Made by a program: the position numbers and the translations under genes
Shown here: positions 13,585 to 30,479 of the stretch, piece by piece
Position numbering within the stretch: position 1 is the first letter of the stretch
How the letters are laid out: every line of letters starts with the position of its first letter
DNA from: Eledone cirrhosa
Taxonomy: Eukaryota
Assembly (NCBI GenBank): GCA_964016885.1
Contig: OZ024740.1
Location: 246,264,001-246,328,000, forward strand
Reading direction: 5' to 3'
DNA: 64,000 nucleotides
Notes under the pieces: generated by a model
The model's input: the letters and a program-made list of their open reading frames with translations, nothing else
Database searches by the model: none
What the model was told of the DNA's origin: nothing

Positions 13585-14032
13585 TGGGTCCCTCCTTCCC
13601 TCCTTTCACATGGTTCTGCTGAGTGCTTGTATTACCATCTTCTGGTTGTGTGTGGTTTTTAAGCCTACTCCTGTTGATGTTAGCTATGTGTTGGGTCAGA
13701 TTTCTTGTGGTGGAATACGAGAGCTTCACAGGGTGTCTGTTGAAGATCTATGGTCCCTCGGGAAGAATTTATCAAGTGCTCCAAAGAATGATCGGGCCAA
13801 GCTGTTCTTTAAGGCCGCTGAGTAGGGTGGGTTGTACCACGTGATTTTTCTGTGTTTCCGCCTATATGTGTGGGGCGGGGGCGTCGTGAGTTGTTGGAGA
13901 TTTGTTGGGTTGCTGGTGGTTCCCGCATTGTTACTTCCTCTTTGGGCGCTATGCGTTTTTCTATCTTCACGGCACGAATCTGTGGGGTGGTCGTTGCCCG
14001 CGCTGGGAGATCTACCGTGGGATGGACTGCCG

Positions 14033-15517
<1,485 letters not shown>

Positions 15518-15520
15518 AAT

Positions 15521-15907
<387 letters not shown>

Positions 15908-15918
15908 TATATATATAT

Positions 15919-16777
<859 letters not shown>

Positions 16778-16789
16778 TATGAAAATAAA

Positions 16790-19052
16790 ACAAAGAAGCC
16801 TTCAATACATCAAAAGTTTTTATTAGCCAACAATGTTTCGTCCTATTAAGGACTCATCAGGGCAATCAAAACCACAAGAAGTATTATCGGCCAATACAAG
16901 CCGAAAACTCCGAAGAATATGGAGTGTACATACACTAAAGTATTGGAAGATTATGGGTAAAAATATATAATAAAAATGACTACGGAGGTGGATAACATTT
17001 TGAACCATATTACAAATATAGTCCAAAGCAAAACAAAACTAGAGCTAAACAAAGGTGGTTATATAGAGCAGGAATTATAGTACTATATGTAAAACAATAT
17101 AATATAATATAATATACTTGTAACAATATTAAAATTAAAATTAAAAGGCACAATATACATATGTATATATATACGCACACGTACGCACATATACATATAC
17201 ATCAATACACATTTCCATCATTAACAGCACAAATTAAACCTTATTAAGAGTTTAAATATAAATAAGCATAATAGGAATAAAAATAATAATAATACGTATA
17301 TCTAATATACAGTATAACATGAAGTAATGAAATGATTAAAAGTAACACATATAATATATAATAAACTATATAATTATATAATATATAATATAATATAATA
17401 GATAATCTCCGGTTAATTTACACAAACAATATAGATGTCACAATAATACTATAATATATAATGGCATGTAAGTTAACAAATCAATTCATATAGAGTTACA
17501 GAGTAGGTGAGAAAAAAATATAAATTGTACAATACCCAAAATTATGATGGTACAAAAATATAAACATTTTACATGATATATAAAATTTAACATATCATAA
17601 TGGTACATAAAATCATCGGTAAGTAATAAGGATCAATAGTACAATAACAACTTCAATATAAAATAATGAACATAATATAATATATAATTACTTATAATTA
17701 CAAGGTTGGTAAACAGACACATATGTGAATGAGTGAATAAGGGCCAAACAGAAAATACTATGCACAGTAGTATTAATAAATAAATAAATAAAATCAACCG
17801 GAAATTAAAAAAACAAAAACAAAAGTATTTACTTAGGTCTCACATGAGTTAAGTAAAAACTTAGGAAACAACCCAGATAAATGACTAGAAAACCCTATTT
17901 GATAAATTAATATTGAAAATATTTAAAATACCTAATAAGGCAATACAATATTAGCTATGGTTTAAGTAATCAAAATTCCTAAATATTAATATTTCACTAT
18001 AAATATATATATAAAGGAATGAAATATTCTACTATCATTTACATAACGATATCTAAAAAACTGACTTAAGCAGAATTATTATAGGGACAGAAAAAAAGAA
18101 ATGTATGCAGGATACAAAGGAGCATAAAATCATAATCAATATACTGTATTATATAATAGAAAGGAGCATAAAAGAGGGGGGGGGTGATTAAATATAATCA
18201 TAATATATTTGAAGGGGTTGGCAATAAGTTTATGTGTGCATGGGGGGGGGGGGGGGGCGTTATCCAAAGAAGAATCCAAATAAAATAAAATAAAATGAAA
18301 TAAAATAAAATAATATAAAATATATAATCAGATATATACTCATAAGGTGTTAATAGTGAAAATTTAATGTGTAAGAAGATAGATATGGTATAGTAGCCAA
18401 AAGATTATGAGAGCTAGAATAAAAAGTTATATATATATATATAAATCAGGAAAGAAGATTGACATGGTTTGCAATACAAAAAAGGTTTTTAATCTCATTG
18501 CTGACAATTGTTTCTCTGAACTGGTAGGTCTAGAGATCGCTATTCGCTTGTTTTCACGTTACTCGATCAATATAAAATTATAACCAGTCAGTTCTTCGGA
18601 GCATGCGAGAATGAAGAGAATATACAGGCATGAAAGGAATATACAGGCTACTATATGAAGTAGTTAGAACAACATATAGTTAGAACAACAACAACAATTA
18701 CAACAATGCTAGTAATAAATTATTTGAGGAGACCCTGACATTACATTAGGTGTGGGGTATAGTGTATCTAAAATTTCGGCGTGTAAAACTAGCTGACATG
18801 AAGCAGAAGTATAAGTTTGGCATGTTGTAGGGTGTATTGTATCAATTTTAAAATAAGCCGGTGTTTATCACCAATATAGGTCAGGTGGCCGTAATGTTCA
18901 GTATTTATCTGACCGACGAAGTATTTATCATTGAGTAGAATTTGTGTGGTCTACATTAGATGAGAATACAGTCTTTCTTTTCATCTTCAATAACATACAT
19001 GAATGGGACAACACTGTCGAAGCTAGATAGTGGGCGAGTTAATACAGAGGTA

Positions 19053-19119
<67 letters not shown>

Positions 19120-19762
19120 TACACACACACATATATATACACACGCGTGTGTACATAGACACATCAATATACACTCGTACAAAAATATACATACATGCAA
19201 AGAGATAAGCGTGCTGATTGTAATTATGGCAAAAGAAAGGTAAAGTTACATTGTAGTAGTGATTTGAGAAATTCTTGGATTTAGGATCAAGTGATGGCAG
19301 CAGCTGAGAAGGAATAAGTTTATGGGTTGATGAGGTACTTACAGACATTTGTGTGGTAAAGACCTGTGAATGCTAGAGTGTACTTAATGAGTATATTTCT
19401 GTGGTGATTTATGCAGGGTAGTGGGTATCCTAGTTTAAAGCTATGTTGTGTTGGTTCGATTCACGGAGGTTTGAATCTTATGAATTTAGTGGCAATTCTA
19501 TGTCTGCAGAAGATAGATCTTTCTAACTTATTGTTAAGTAGCCTTTTTACATTTTTGAGGATATACATTAGTTCTAGATCACATAGCCCGCAGTGGGACA
19601 TATGCTCCGAAGAACTGACTGGTTATAATTTTGTATTGGCGATCGAGTAACGTGAAAACAAGCGAATAGCGATCTCTAGACCTACCAGTTCAGAGAAACA
19701 ATTGTCAGCAATGAGATTAAAAACCTTTTTTGTATTGCAAACCATGTCAATCTTCTTTCCTG

Positions 19763-19766
<4 letters not shown>
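16790..19766 (-). mobile_element. Decayed PLE 3' region (endonuclease C-terminus + long AT-rich UTR) with internal inverted duplication
   Basis: Minus ~19440-19650 encodes ..CGLCDLELMYILKN..LLNNKLE..FCRH; ~18440-18605 inverted at ~19602-19766; HHR at the far end. Confidence 0.55.
16824..16865 (-). ncRNA. Minimal type I hammerhead ribozyme
   Basis: gcc-CTGATGA-gtcc-ttaata-ggac-GAAA-cattg-TT-ggc. Confidence 0.8.
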
Positions 19767-19824
<58 letters not shown>

Positions 19825-20399
19825 ATTCATTTCGAGCAATTGTCAATAAATGACACAATAATAAATATAAAAGATGTCCGTCAATGTAAAAAAAAGGTCC
19901 CTATTTACTCCCTTCACAACTCTGTCTATGTTAGACTGACAGACAGGCACACAGACAGATAAACTGCATGGCGATTGTGGAACGCCACACACATACACGC
20001 ATGGAAACGCGCACACGCACGCAAACTTACACACGCACGCAAACTTACACACGCACACACTCACACATATTGATAGTTTTTACTTTCTGTGGAACGCTGC
20101 ACGCACGCACACACACAAACATACGCGCACGTACATACACACGCACACATGTTAATAGTTATTGCTTTACTTCCCCTCTTATTTCCACACACATCACACA
20201 TGTCTCTACACTGACACATATACATAGTGTATCAAACACAGCGTTCACATTCTCCCCTCTCACTCCCTCATTGTCATTATGCATATTAATTTCAGTTTGG
20301 CGTCGTTGAAGTGGACGGAGTCGTTTGAAACCTATGAACCAATGATAATCGAGAATTATGACACCCGGAATAATGACATTGTTGAAATTAATATATAGA

Positions 20400-22322
20400 T
20401 ATATATATAAATATAAATATATATATATAAACGGAAAAAATGAAACGAAATTTCATTTCCCACTCTTAGTACGGCTGTTACTTAAATATAAGTATGTACA
20501 CGTACATACATATATGTATACAGACGTACAGTAGTATGTATATATATATACATACATGCACACATATATATATCTACGTATGGATTCACCGAACATTTAT
20601 TATAATGATCGGTGTGTTTGTAAACAAACATCCCGTATTAAGCCGTAGTGTCCAGCAACCACCGTTGCTCGTTTGTTCAACACTGACAAAAGAACGCTGT
20701 ACTAGTTTCAAGCTTATTAGCTATCGTCAGCAACGTATACCTGGTTTTTCTCACATATGGTTGGTCTTTGAATGTTACTTGTTTTATATGGAAAAAGTGG
20801 CTCGAAACGCCAGGTTTTTAGAGAAGTAATTGATTGGTTGGTCAATAAGAGTAATAAATTTCGCGCCAGTTCGCGTTACAAAGTTCTTCAAACAAAGGGG
20901 GGGGGGCTCAGGTTGTTTTTTCATATATGAGTGAAGTTTGATTGGTTGATGCAGTCACGTGAATAAGTACATCCGCTTTCGCGCCAGTTTGTTTGAATTT
21001 CTTTTTACTTAAAAAAAGGGGGTTCACGAAGGCTTTTTAAAAAAAATATTCGTATTTGTTCTGTTGTATTGTCAGCGAAATGTATATTAAGGTTTATTTA
21101 GTTCGGGTTTTTATTTTCTAAAGTAGGTGTTAGGTGTGTGTGTATGTGTCTGTTTGGATGGTTAGCATGTTATGGTGTTGACATAATATATATTAAACCA
21201 TATTTAATGCTGGTCTATATTTTTGAATACACATATTTTCCTTATTTATTCGTATTTGTTCTGTTGTATTGACGGCGCAAAGGTAAAATGGGAAGACTTG
21301 GAATTTGGGTGTCTTATTACTTGCGCCTATGTCGAGATATGCGCTTAATGGTATCTGTCTCGTGGTTGGATCTCGTAATTGTTGGCGATGAACTGTCATT
21401 CTGTTTCTGAGTGTGAGTTTAATTTGTCCTATATAATCTTCATTGCATCCTTTACATTTAATGGCATAAAGTAGATTTTTTGATGGGCAAGTGAAGTGAT
21501 TTTATACAGCAAAATTTTGTCCTGATTGGAATGTATACGTGTTGCCTTCAATGAGGGGAGTGCAGGTTCCACAATTAGAGCGACCACATTTTTTGACAGT
21601 TGGTTGTGGGCTTGTGGTAGGTAATTTGGTATTGATGCGTAATGTTTTCAGTGATTTCGGTTGTCTTTTGCTTTTGATTATTTTGTGTGTTTCAAGGGCT
21701 TTTTTCATTCTTGGGTCTTATTTCAATAGTGGGACGTTCTTGTGAATAGTGTTGTAAGCTTCCCCATTTCTTGGGTTGTGTGTTGAGATATATGATAGAA
21801 TATTGGACGTACCTTGAATTTGTTTCTGTTTTCGTAATTCATCAATGCCTATTGCTTTAGCCCTTTCTATTCCATTATTTATTAGTAATTGTGGGTACTG
21901 TCTTTCGAGTAGAATTTCCTTTAATTCTTGAAGTCTTTTATTTCGCGTTTCATAATTGGAGACAATTGTTCGTCTTCGTGTGCTTTGGATGGTTGGAGGT
22001 GAATAGCACGTATTGTTTGGAATCTGTTGGTTTTTTAGTGTATGTCAGTTTCAATATTTGTGTCTTTTTTAAAGATTAAGATGTCCAGAAATGGGAGTTG
22101 ATGTTGGCTGCATTCCATTGTGAATTGGATGTGGTTATTGATGCCGTTAATTAAATTTTTGAAATCATTTAGTTGGTCGAGTGTGTGGGACCAAAGAATG
22201 AGACAATCATCCAAGTAGCGTTTCCAATTCTTTGATAAATATTTGTGAAAGTTCAATCCGTATTTTGATTTGGACTGTTCATATATCTGGACTTCTAAGT
22301 ATGCCATGACTAAGTTGGCATA
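20400..22322 (-). mobile_element. 5'-truncated Penelope/Poseidon-type PLE (RT end + GIY-YIG), decayed
   Basis: WKRYLDD, LPFLDI, SKRQPK, CGRSNCGTC, MTVHRQQ; HHR at 20694. Confidence 0.85.
20694..20736 (-). ncRNA. Minimal type I hammerhead ribozyme
   Basis: acgttg-CTGACGA-tagct-aata-agctt-GAAA-ctag-TA-cagcgt. Confidence 0.82.
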
Positions 22323-22324
22323 AG

Positions 22325-23784
22325 TTGGAGCGGCTTTTGTCTATAGACACGGAACTCTGGATTAACACTATAGACGAGAGAGCCCAAATTCTCCACTCAC
22401 ACTATGCTAAACCCATGGCCTCCAAATACCTGATACTCAAAAATTCAGCAATGTCCAGTAGTGCTAAGTTTAATATTTTGATCGCAGACTTGGTACGAGT
22501 GATGAAGAACGTGTCCCGCATGTGCAACCCAATAGAAATGGAAAGACACATCCAACACTTCATCAGCCGCATGCAGTTCTCTGGCTACAACCAAAGCGAC
22601 AGAATCAGTGTATACGAAGGAGCCACGGAGAAGTATAAGACCCTCATAGAACTGGACATGAAAGGAATTTGCCCATTATACAGGAGCAAATCATGGAATA
22701 GCTTAGATAGGACTAGACATAAGATAGGGAAAGCCACCTCATAGTACGACAACCAGAGATACCAGAGTGTCATGTTTGTGGATGCTACCCCTGGAGGGAA
22801 ATTAGCTAACCAGTGTAGAAAAGCCCTGAGAAAGACCCACTTAAAGATTAAGGTGGTAGAAAAGCCAGGAACCACCATAAAATCTCTGATCAGCAAAACC
22901 TACCCTTTTAAGAAAACCCACTGTACTAATAGGAAATATATCATATGTAAAGTAAACCCCCGGATAAACTATAAAACTAGAAACGTAGTCTATAGCGTAA
23001 GATGTACAGAGGGTACTTGCAGAAACATGACAACAACATAGATAGGCGAGACAGCTCGTAGCATAGGTGAAAGGATAGACCAACACTGGGGGGAACTAAA
23101 AGGACGAAAAAACGGGTCAGTACTATACGAACATGCTAGACAACAACATGACGGTAACATAGACAACATAGAAATTAGAATAATATCTAAACATAGAAAT
23201 GACCCAGCAGATAGGCAAATCAGAGAGGCCAGCGAAATAGAACTTAGAAGGCCAAGGCTAAACAGAAAAAATGAATGGAATAACAACAACACCCAAACAA
23301 ACAACACTGACCTAAGAGAAGTATAAATAAATAAATACATACACAAGCACAATAACAACAAACACACTAGTAAACTAAGATAGAATACAATAACCAATAC
23401 ACAGTCACCCAAACACGAACACACATCAAATAAAACACTATACACACACGCAAACGCATGCGCAGAGAAAAAAATAAAATAAAATAAAATAAACAGAGTA
23501 AATAAAGATAGCGTAGGCATACGATGCAAAGGAAGGAAACATAATACTACCACTGACGATGTTGCAGATGTGCAACAAAAGAACTTTGTTAGACTATATA
23601 TATGTGTTTGTGTCTATATTGTATCTGTATTTTTGACCGTTGGTCAGTCAATGGTAACATTGAGGACCGAATAAATTTAATTAACCGATATAAAAGACAC
23701 AGAAGCGAAAACCAACCAAACAGTGAGTGTGTTCTGTTATTAATTCTGGCAATATTATTACACAAATATGACCCTCCCCAAGTA

Positions 23785-23790
<6 letters not shown>
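22325..23790 (+). mobile_element. 5'-truncated PLE of a different clade (RT thumb + GIY-YIG), decayed
   Basis: HYAKPMAS, QFSGY, MFVDATPGG.LA, NVVYSVRC..IGETARS.GER..QH; degenerate HHR core at 23553. Confidence 0.8.
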
Positions 23791-23840
<50 letters not shown>

Positions 23841-23844
<4 letters not shown>

Positions 23845-24043
23845 AACCAGTAAGACCCCGACAGCTGAGCTCAAGCCGTTTCGACGGCTAATTCTGGACT
23901 AGAATTAGTCCAGAATTAGCCGTCGAAACGGCTTGAGCTCAGCTGTCGGGGTCTTACTGGTTCCTATTACCCACTCTACTACCTCAAGTATTGAGTACTT
24001 TGGTGCGTTATGGTCCACCTGGTTCCTTACCACATTTCCTTCG

Positions 24044-24046
<3 letters not shown>
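23841..24046 (+). mobile_element. PLE-like terminal fragment with fold-back (3' half of an HHR)
   Basis: Inverted repeat 23841-23965; GAAA-cggct..agctg-TC-ggggtc; related pieces at 11010-11225, 26128-26170 and 46322-46378. Confidence 0.55.
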
Positions 24047-24109
<63 letters not shown>

Positions 24110-24111
24110 TT

Positions 24112-24145
<34 letters not shown>

Positions 24146-24264
24146 ATATATACATATTTATATATATATATATATACATATACATATTTATATATATATA
24201 TATATATACATATTTATATATATATATACATATTTATATATATATATATATACATATACATATT

Positions 24265-24295
<31 letters not shown>

Positions 24296-24319
24296 TTATA
24301 TATATATATATACATATTT

Positions 24320-24700
24320 ATACCAAGAAACTCACTCAGATGGTGGATGGGTGCTACACGAGAATGCTGAGGATGGCTCTGAACATTAATCAGTATACAC
24401 TGAGGATGAAAAACTCAGAGCTGTATGGGAGCATCCCAAAAGTCAGCTCAAAAGTGACACAGAGGAGACTGAGGTTAGCTGGACATGCTCACCGACATCC
24501 AGAGTTGACATTGCACTCAGTACTCATTTGGGAGCCCCTACATGGACACACTAGAAGAGGAAGACCAAGGTTAACGTATGTTGATGCCCTAAGGACAGAC
24601 ACTGGTCTGTTGGAGATGCAGGACATGGCAGCGATAATGAGGGACAGAGACCGCTGGAGAGAACTCGTCCATGGATCTCGGGAATTTTACCCGCCTTAGA
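24320..24700 (+). mobile_element. 3' end of an RTE-like LINE in (TA)n
   Basis: [31 protein letters not shown]; same family as 5486-5677. Confidence 0.82.
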
Positions 24701-24765
24701 TATATACATATACATATATATATATATATACGTATATATATACATATTTATATTTATATACATAT

Positions 24766-24826
<61 letters not shown>

Positions 24827-25076
24827 TGTAATAAACAACATAAGATAATTATTTCATTTACCAGTGGTTTATTGAAAGCAAGCAAAACTTGCTTTCAGTC
24901 ATCAGAATGAAAAAATCCGGGTGTATTTATTTACAGTGGATTTTAAAAACAAAAATATAATCTATATGAAAGAGAGGCTGGAAAAGGAAAGATAATAAAT
25001 ATAAAAGTATATAAACACACATGCACACGCACACACACATACACACATATACATACACACACACACACATATATAC

Positions 25077-25121
<45 letters not shown>

Positions 25122-25575
25122 CACATATGTACACACACGTACATACACACATATAAACACGCATACATACGCGCACACATACACACATATATACACACAC
25201 GTACATACACACACATACATGCACACATATATACACGCATACATACGCACACACATATATAGATAGATATACACACACCTACGTACGCACACACACAATT
25301 AATTATAAGAAAAAATAAAATAAAAAAACAAGGAACAAACATATAATGCAATAGGCCGTCACATAAAAATAAAAAAATACACGACTTAAAAAAATAAAAA
25401 TTATTATAAAGTTGACAGCGATACAGGAAAGGACACAAATAAATTAACAAACACACGTGGTAAGCAATACACACATCTACACATACACATACACATACAT
25501 ACATATAAATATATACATACACACACACATATACAATATATTAATAAATGGAAACTATATTTATAAAACCATATT

Positions 25576-25641
25576 TATTTTATTATACATATTTCAAGGG
25601 CAACCAAGGCAAATTATGGTGCGCTTTCATCAGATAAAATA
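25576..25641 (-). ncRNA. Type I hammerhead ribozyme
   Basis: tattttat-CTGATGA-aag...ctt-GAAA-tatgta-TA-ataaaata. Confidence 0.75.
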
Positions 25642-25716
25642 CAGATTTGTTTTATAAATAAATATTGACATACCCGGAAAAAAAGAAAGACAACCTTAAC
25701 GGTTGGGGCTTCCTGG

Positions 25717-25751
<35 letters not shown>

Positions 25752-25772
25752 AAAATACAAAAATATTATATA

Positions 25773-25868
25773 TAGGTTAACTTTGCCTTTCATCCTTACG
25801 GGGTCGATAAAATAAAGTACCAGTAATGTACTGGGTAATTTGCTGGCCTTGTGCCTAAAGTAGAAACA
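25773..25868 (+). mobile_element. SINE fragment with conserved central domain
   Basis: ttgcctttcatcctt.cggggtcgataaaataaagtaccag resembles a widely conserved metazoan SINE core (recognised from memory). Confidence 0.55.
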
Positions 25869-26086
25869 ATTATATATATATAAAAATAAAAATGAAAAGG
25901 TGGAAGGGGTAAACAAATAGTTGAGAATACGACAAATAATAAATAAATAAATAAAGGTATAAATGTTTATAGCTGATTTAGAGCACTCATCAAGTTCCTG
26001 GAGCAAATAATCAATGAAAATAAACATTAAATCACTCTGTATGTAATTATATATATACATACACATATATACATACACACAACCAT

Positions 26087-26123
<37 letters not shown>

Positions 26124-26170
26124 AAAAAGTATGACCCCGGCGGCAGAGCTCAAGCCGTTTCGACGGCTAT

Positions 26171-26253
<83 letters not shown>

Positions 26254-26377
26254 ATATACACACACATATATACAAAACGTTACGTCACCACGATAATAAA
26301 AATACACACACACACACATATATATACACATACATATAGATACAGATATATATAATTATATACACATATATACATAC

Positions 26378-26408
<31 letters not shown>

Positions 26409-27054
26409 TACACAACACATACATACACACAGAAATAAATATCTATAAATAAAAAAGGTGGGTATGTAAAGGGTAAGGTAGAAAGTAGGGGGGAATAAGG
26501 AAAATAAATAACATAGGAAAAAGTTTAAATATAAGGGGAGATAAGGGAGCAAAAGAATATAAGGGTACAGAAAGTGAGTTCAGAGAGTAATAAAAATCGT
26601 AGTGGATGTAAGGCGTAAAGAGCAGAGAAGAAGTTCAAGGTGGTTGAGTCATCGTAGGAATGTCAATCCAGTTACAGAGCAGATGTGATTTCAGGTGAGG
26701 ACAACATCTGAAGATCTCGGTCTTGGAGTTCAGGCAAGTTGAAGTGGCTTTCAAGTTTTGTAGAATTCTAAATTTTTCAGTGGTACACAAAGAACAATTC
26801 TTTGGGCCCCTTTGGTATTCTCTCGAATGGTCTAAAATAGACCAATCGATAGAGTACGGGATATTTTTTTCTTTGAATTACCACACCTTATTTGCGAGAG
26901 CCGTTGCTGTTCTTTTATCAGAGTGTTTAAAAGAAGCGACATGTGCATAAAACCTGGTTTTGAACCTGTCCTGAGTCATGCCAACATATCGTTCACTCCT
27001 GGCTGGCTGGTTGTTAATCAAAGGTGTCACTTTGGCCTCATATACATCGGATTT

Positions 27055-28850
27055 GGTATTCTACCCTCTTTTAACGAAAGCATTAAATTTCGCTAGAAAG
27101 TTTATCAATATTTCTGATATTGAAGAGAATGTCATTTTGCATGCTAGAAACACTTTACTGTTTACTAATAATGACACTTGGGTAAAAAAATCTAACCCAG
27201 AGAACCCATTCGATGTCTCAGTGGGTTCTTTTGAGAGTGCTGACGTGTGTGATTTAGTCAGCCTATTCCTCCTATACACACTTACAGAGAAATTCCCTAA
27301 CCATACCTTTTGGCTTTATCGTGACGATGGTTTAATACTTTCCCATACAACTATAGGCCATAACTTAGATAGATTCAGTAAAGACTTAATAAAAACCTCC
27401 GCTAGTTTAATCTTAAAATTACCATTGACACTAACCTTTCTAATGTTAATTTTCTAGATATAAACCTAGATCTGCCTACTGCTTCTTATAAAACGTACCA
27501 TAAACCTAATGAAAATTTAAAATATATAAATAAAGGCTCTTGCCTTCCTCCTATAGTTTAAAAAAAATCTTATCCCTAATATTAGCCGTAGGATCTCCAC
27601 CCTCTCATCCTCAGAAGCTATTTTCAATAAGACATCCCCCTACTATAATAAAGCCCTTCAAAATAGCAGATTTAGCGAACCGATTAAGTATATACTCAAC
27701 AATACTAACTCCTTTAAACATAATAATAGGAAGAGAAAAATAATTTGGTTCACGCCCCCTACTCTTTAGCAGTTAAAACTAATGTAGGCAAAAATTCCTA
27801 GAGCTCTTAGATAAACATTTCCCTAGAACGCATAGATACTATAAGATCTTCAATAGAAACTGTGTCAAAATCAGCTACTCCTGCGGTCCCCCTATTAAAT
27901 CTTATATCCTCAATAAGAAAATACCCAGAGAGCATCAAAATTGCTCCTGTAGAGTCAAAAGTGAATGCCCATTACAAGGTAAATGCAACACCAAAGCCAT
28001 TGTATATGCGGCTAAAGTGACAACCACCAGCAACAACCTACCAGCAACCAGCGAACGATATGTGGGTATGACACAAGACAAATTCTAAACGCGTTATTAC
28101 TCACATGTTGCATATTTCCGACACCCTGAAAAAAGATTAACAACAGCTCTGGCTAACAGAATATGGGATTTGAAAGACCATGGTATCCAATATAAATTAG
28201 ATTGGTCAATTTTGAACCAATCTAAAGAATATGCAAGAGGAACAAGAAGATGCGCACTCTGCATAAGTGAAACATATTGGACTTTACAGAACATTCCTAA
28301 AAACCTGCCTAAATGCAAAAACAGAAATTTTCATCAGTTGCCCACACATGAAATCACACTTGCTTTCCAGCTCATATAAACTTAACTCACTTTCAGATAC
28401 TTATCCTCCATAAACTCTTGTTCTTCACTTTCCTTAACTTACCTTCTTTACAGACTTCTCTTTCTGATTTACTTTTATTTTTAACTTTATTTTTACTTCA
28501 CATCCACTAGTGACCCCCCCCCTTCTTTTTGATTCACTTACTTTATATCTTCACAATTTTACATATTTTACTTCCCCCTTTTCTTTCACTACCTGATATC
28601 ACATGTCACTTGTGTTTTCAACTCCAGATATATTCTGTTGTCCCTCAGCCGCTTTTATGTATGTTTACTTGCGTATAATTTGTACCCATTTATTCATACG
28701 GCTGGTTTTTATATATGTATGTATGCATGTAAGTGTGCATATATGTGTATACGTGTTTGTATATGTATACGAATGCATTCGTGTGTGCGCGTGTATGTGT
28801 ATGTGTGTGTGTATGTATGTTTTTACATCTATGTTTTTTACATACTTATA

Positions 28851-28948
<98 letters not shown>

Positions 28949-29810
28949 ATGGCTCGTGCGTGCGTGTGATTAGATGTACCTGTATGTATATGTGTATCGT
29001 GTGTATGTATGTATGTACGCATGTATGTGTTTTTGTCTGTACGTATATATATATATATGCGTACGAACCTCTGTATGTTTTCTACTTTTTATTTATTTTT
29101 TCTAGTGTTACTTTATAATTGATAACCCCTCCCTCTTACTTTCTCTTTGATTTAATTTTTATTCTTATATATTATTTCATTTCCATATTTTATATTTTTA
29201 TATCTGAATCGACATTCAGTCTGACACTGCTTTAACTGATACACTCCCTTCCCTGTATATATCACATACATGTATGTGGTTGCGCTTGTGTGTATGTTTA
29301 TACGCGTGCTTTCATCCTTGTATGTGTATATATTTCAATCCTTAGTCCCTGAGTCTGTATGTACGCTAACTCTATTATCTTACAATTTCTTTTTTCAACA
29401 TATATTATATAAACATACACTGATATGCTTACCCTAATGTATGTACTTACGAACACATTTTTTCACTATACACATGCATTTGTACATACACACATATGTA
29501 TATTTGTAGCTGCATATACACACATTTATACACATACCCTTACTATATTTCCTTATTTTATTTTTATATATCTCTTCCATTACTTTTATTCATATATTTT
29601 TTTTTGCCCGTTAAACTTTTGCCTTTCTTGAGGAGATTTTTCAAATATTTCACTATGTTTTAAATTGCCTTGTCTGACGAACGAATGAGGACGTTTCTTG
29701 TATTCGTCTTATTCGGGAAACCTCTGGTAATGAGGTAATTATATTGTATTGTTTATTATACATTAAATTTAGCTTTGTAACTTAAATAGAGCACTCTTCA
29801 CTCCTATGAC
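27055..29810 (+). mobile_element. 5'-truncated Naiad-like PLE (RT, GIY-YIG, 3' UTR, HHR), decayed
   Basis: FDVSVGS.ESA.VCDLV, LYRDDG, YHKPN, IIWFTPP, CPLQGKC, YVGMTQ. Confidence 0.85.
29663..29740 (+). ncRNA. Type I hammerhead ribozyme
   Basis: aattgccttgt-CTGACGA-acgaatgaggacg..cgtcttattcgg-GAAA-cctctgg-TA-atgaggtaatt; 11-bp stem I. Confidence 0.85.
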
Positions 29811-29841
29811 TTTTTCAATTTTCAACGGAAACTTCAATACA

Positions 29842-29881
<40 letters not shown>

Positions 29882-29885
29882 CACA

Positions 29886-29944
<59 letters not shown>

Positions 29945-29973
29945 TTATATATATATATACATATTTATACACA

Positions 29974-30034
<61 letters not shown>

Positions 30035-30036
30035 TT

Positions 30037-30315
30037 ATAGAATTCTTTCTGCCTTTGTCACTCTAAATATAAATTAAAGAATTAGCTTTTAATGAATTCC
30101 CTTTTCTTTCAACCAATGACCTCCACCCTCTCCTACCACCTGAAAAGATATAAATACCATAACATTTATTTTGGAAAGCCAGATTCCTGATGATTTCTAA
30201 AGAATGAAACAGTTCTAGTCCTGTAGAATCTCATCTATATTAAAACTTTTATACTCTGCTATGTATTGAGTACCATACTTACTGTGGTTACCTCCGATTC
30301 AACCCGGAATAACTA
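30037..30315 (+). mobile_element. Solo pLTR-like fragment with HHR in (TA)n
   Basis: Unique ~280 bp between TA runs containing an HHR. Confidence 0.6.
30181..30231 (+). ncRNA. Type I hammerhead ribozyme
   Basis: agattc-CTGATGA-tttct-aa-agaat-GAAA-cag..ctg-TA-gaatct. Confidence 0.8.
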
Positions 30316-30479
30316 TACATATTTATATATATATAAATATATATATATAGTGTTATACTTTGGGAGGGTCATGTTGCCAATAAGAAACACAAGCACCAGT
30401 TGCTTTCACTTCAATTTATTATATATTTATAAATTTATAAATTTACAAATCTACAAACTTATAAATTTCTGGTTGGTTG

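Larger units (their letters stand above)
24823..27048 (-). mobile_element. 5'-truncated Naiad-like PLE (GIY-YIG ~26670-27045 + 3' UTR + HHR)
   Basis: Hand translation VYEAKV..RYVGMTQDRFKTRFYAH..CSLC..CCPH. Confidence 0.75.

Noticed and set aside
19820-20400. CA-rich unique segment, possibly a DNA transposon/Helitron end
   Set aside because: No terminal repeats, TSD or coding motif that I could support
23548-23597. HHR at the end of the 22325 PLE
   Set aside because: CTGACGA and stem II are present, but GAAA reads AAAA and stem I does not pair; likely dead
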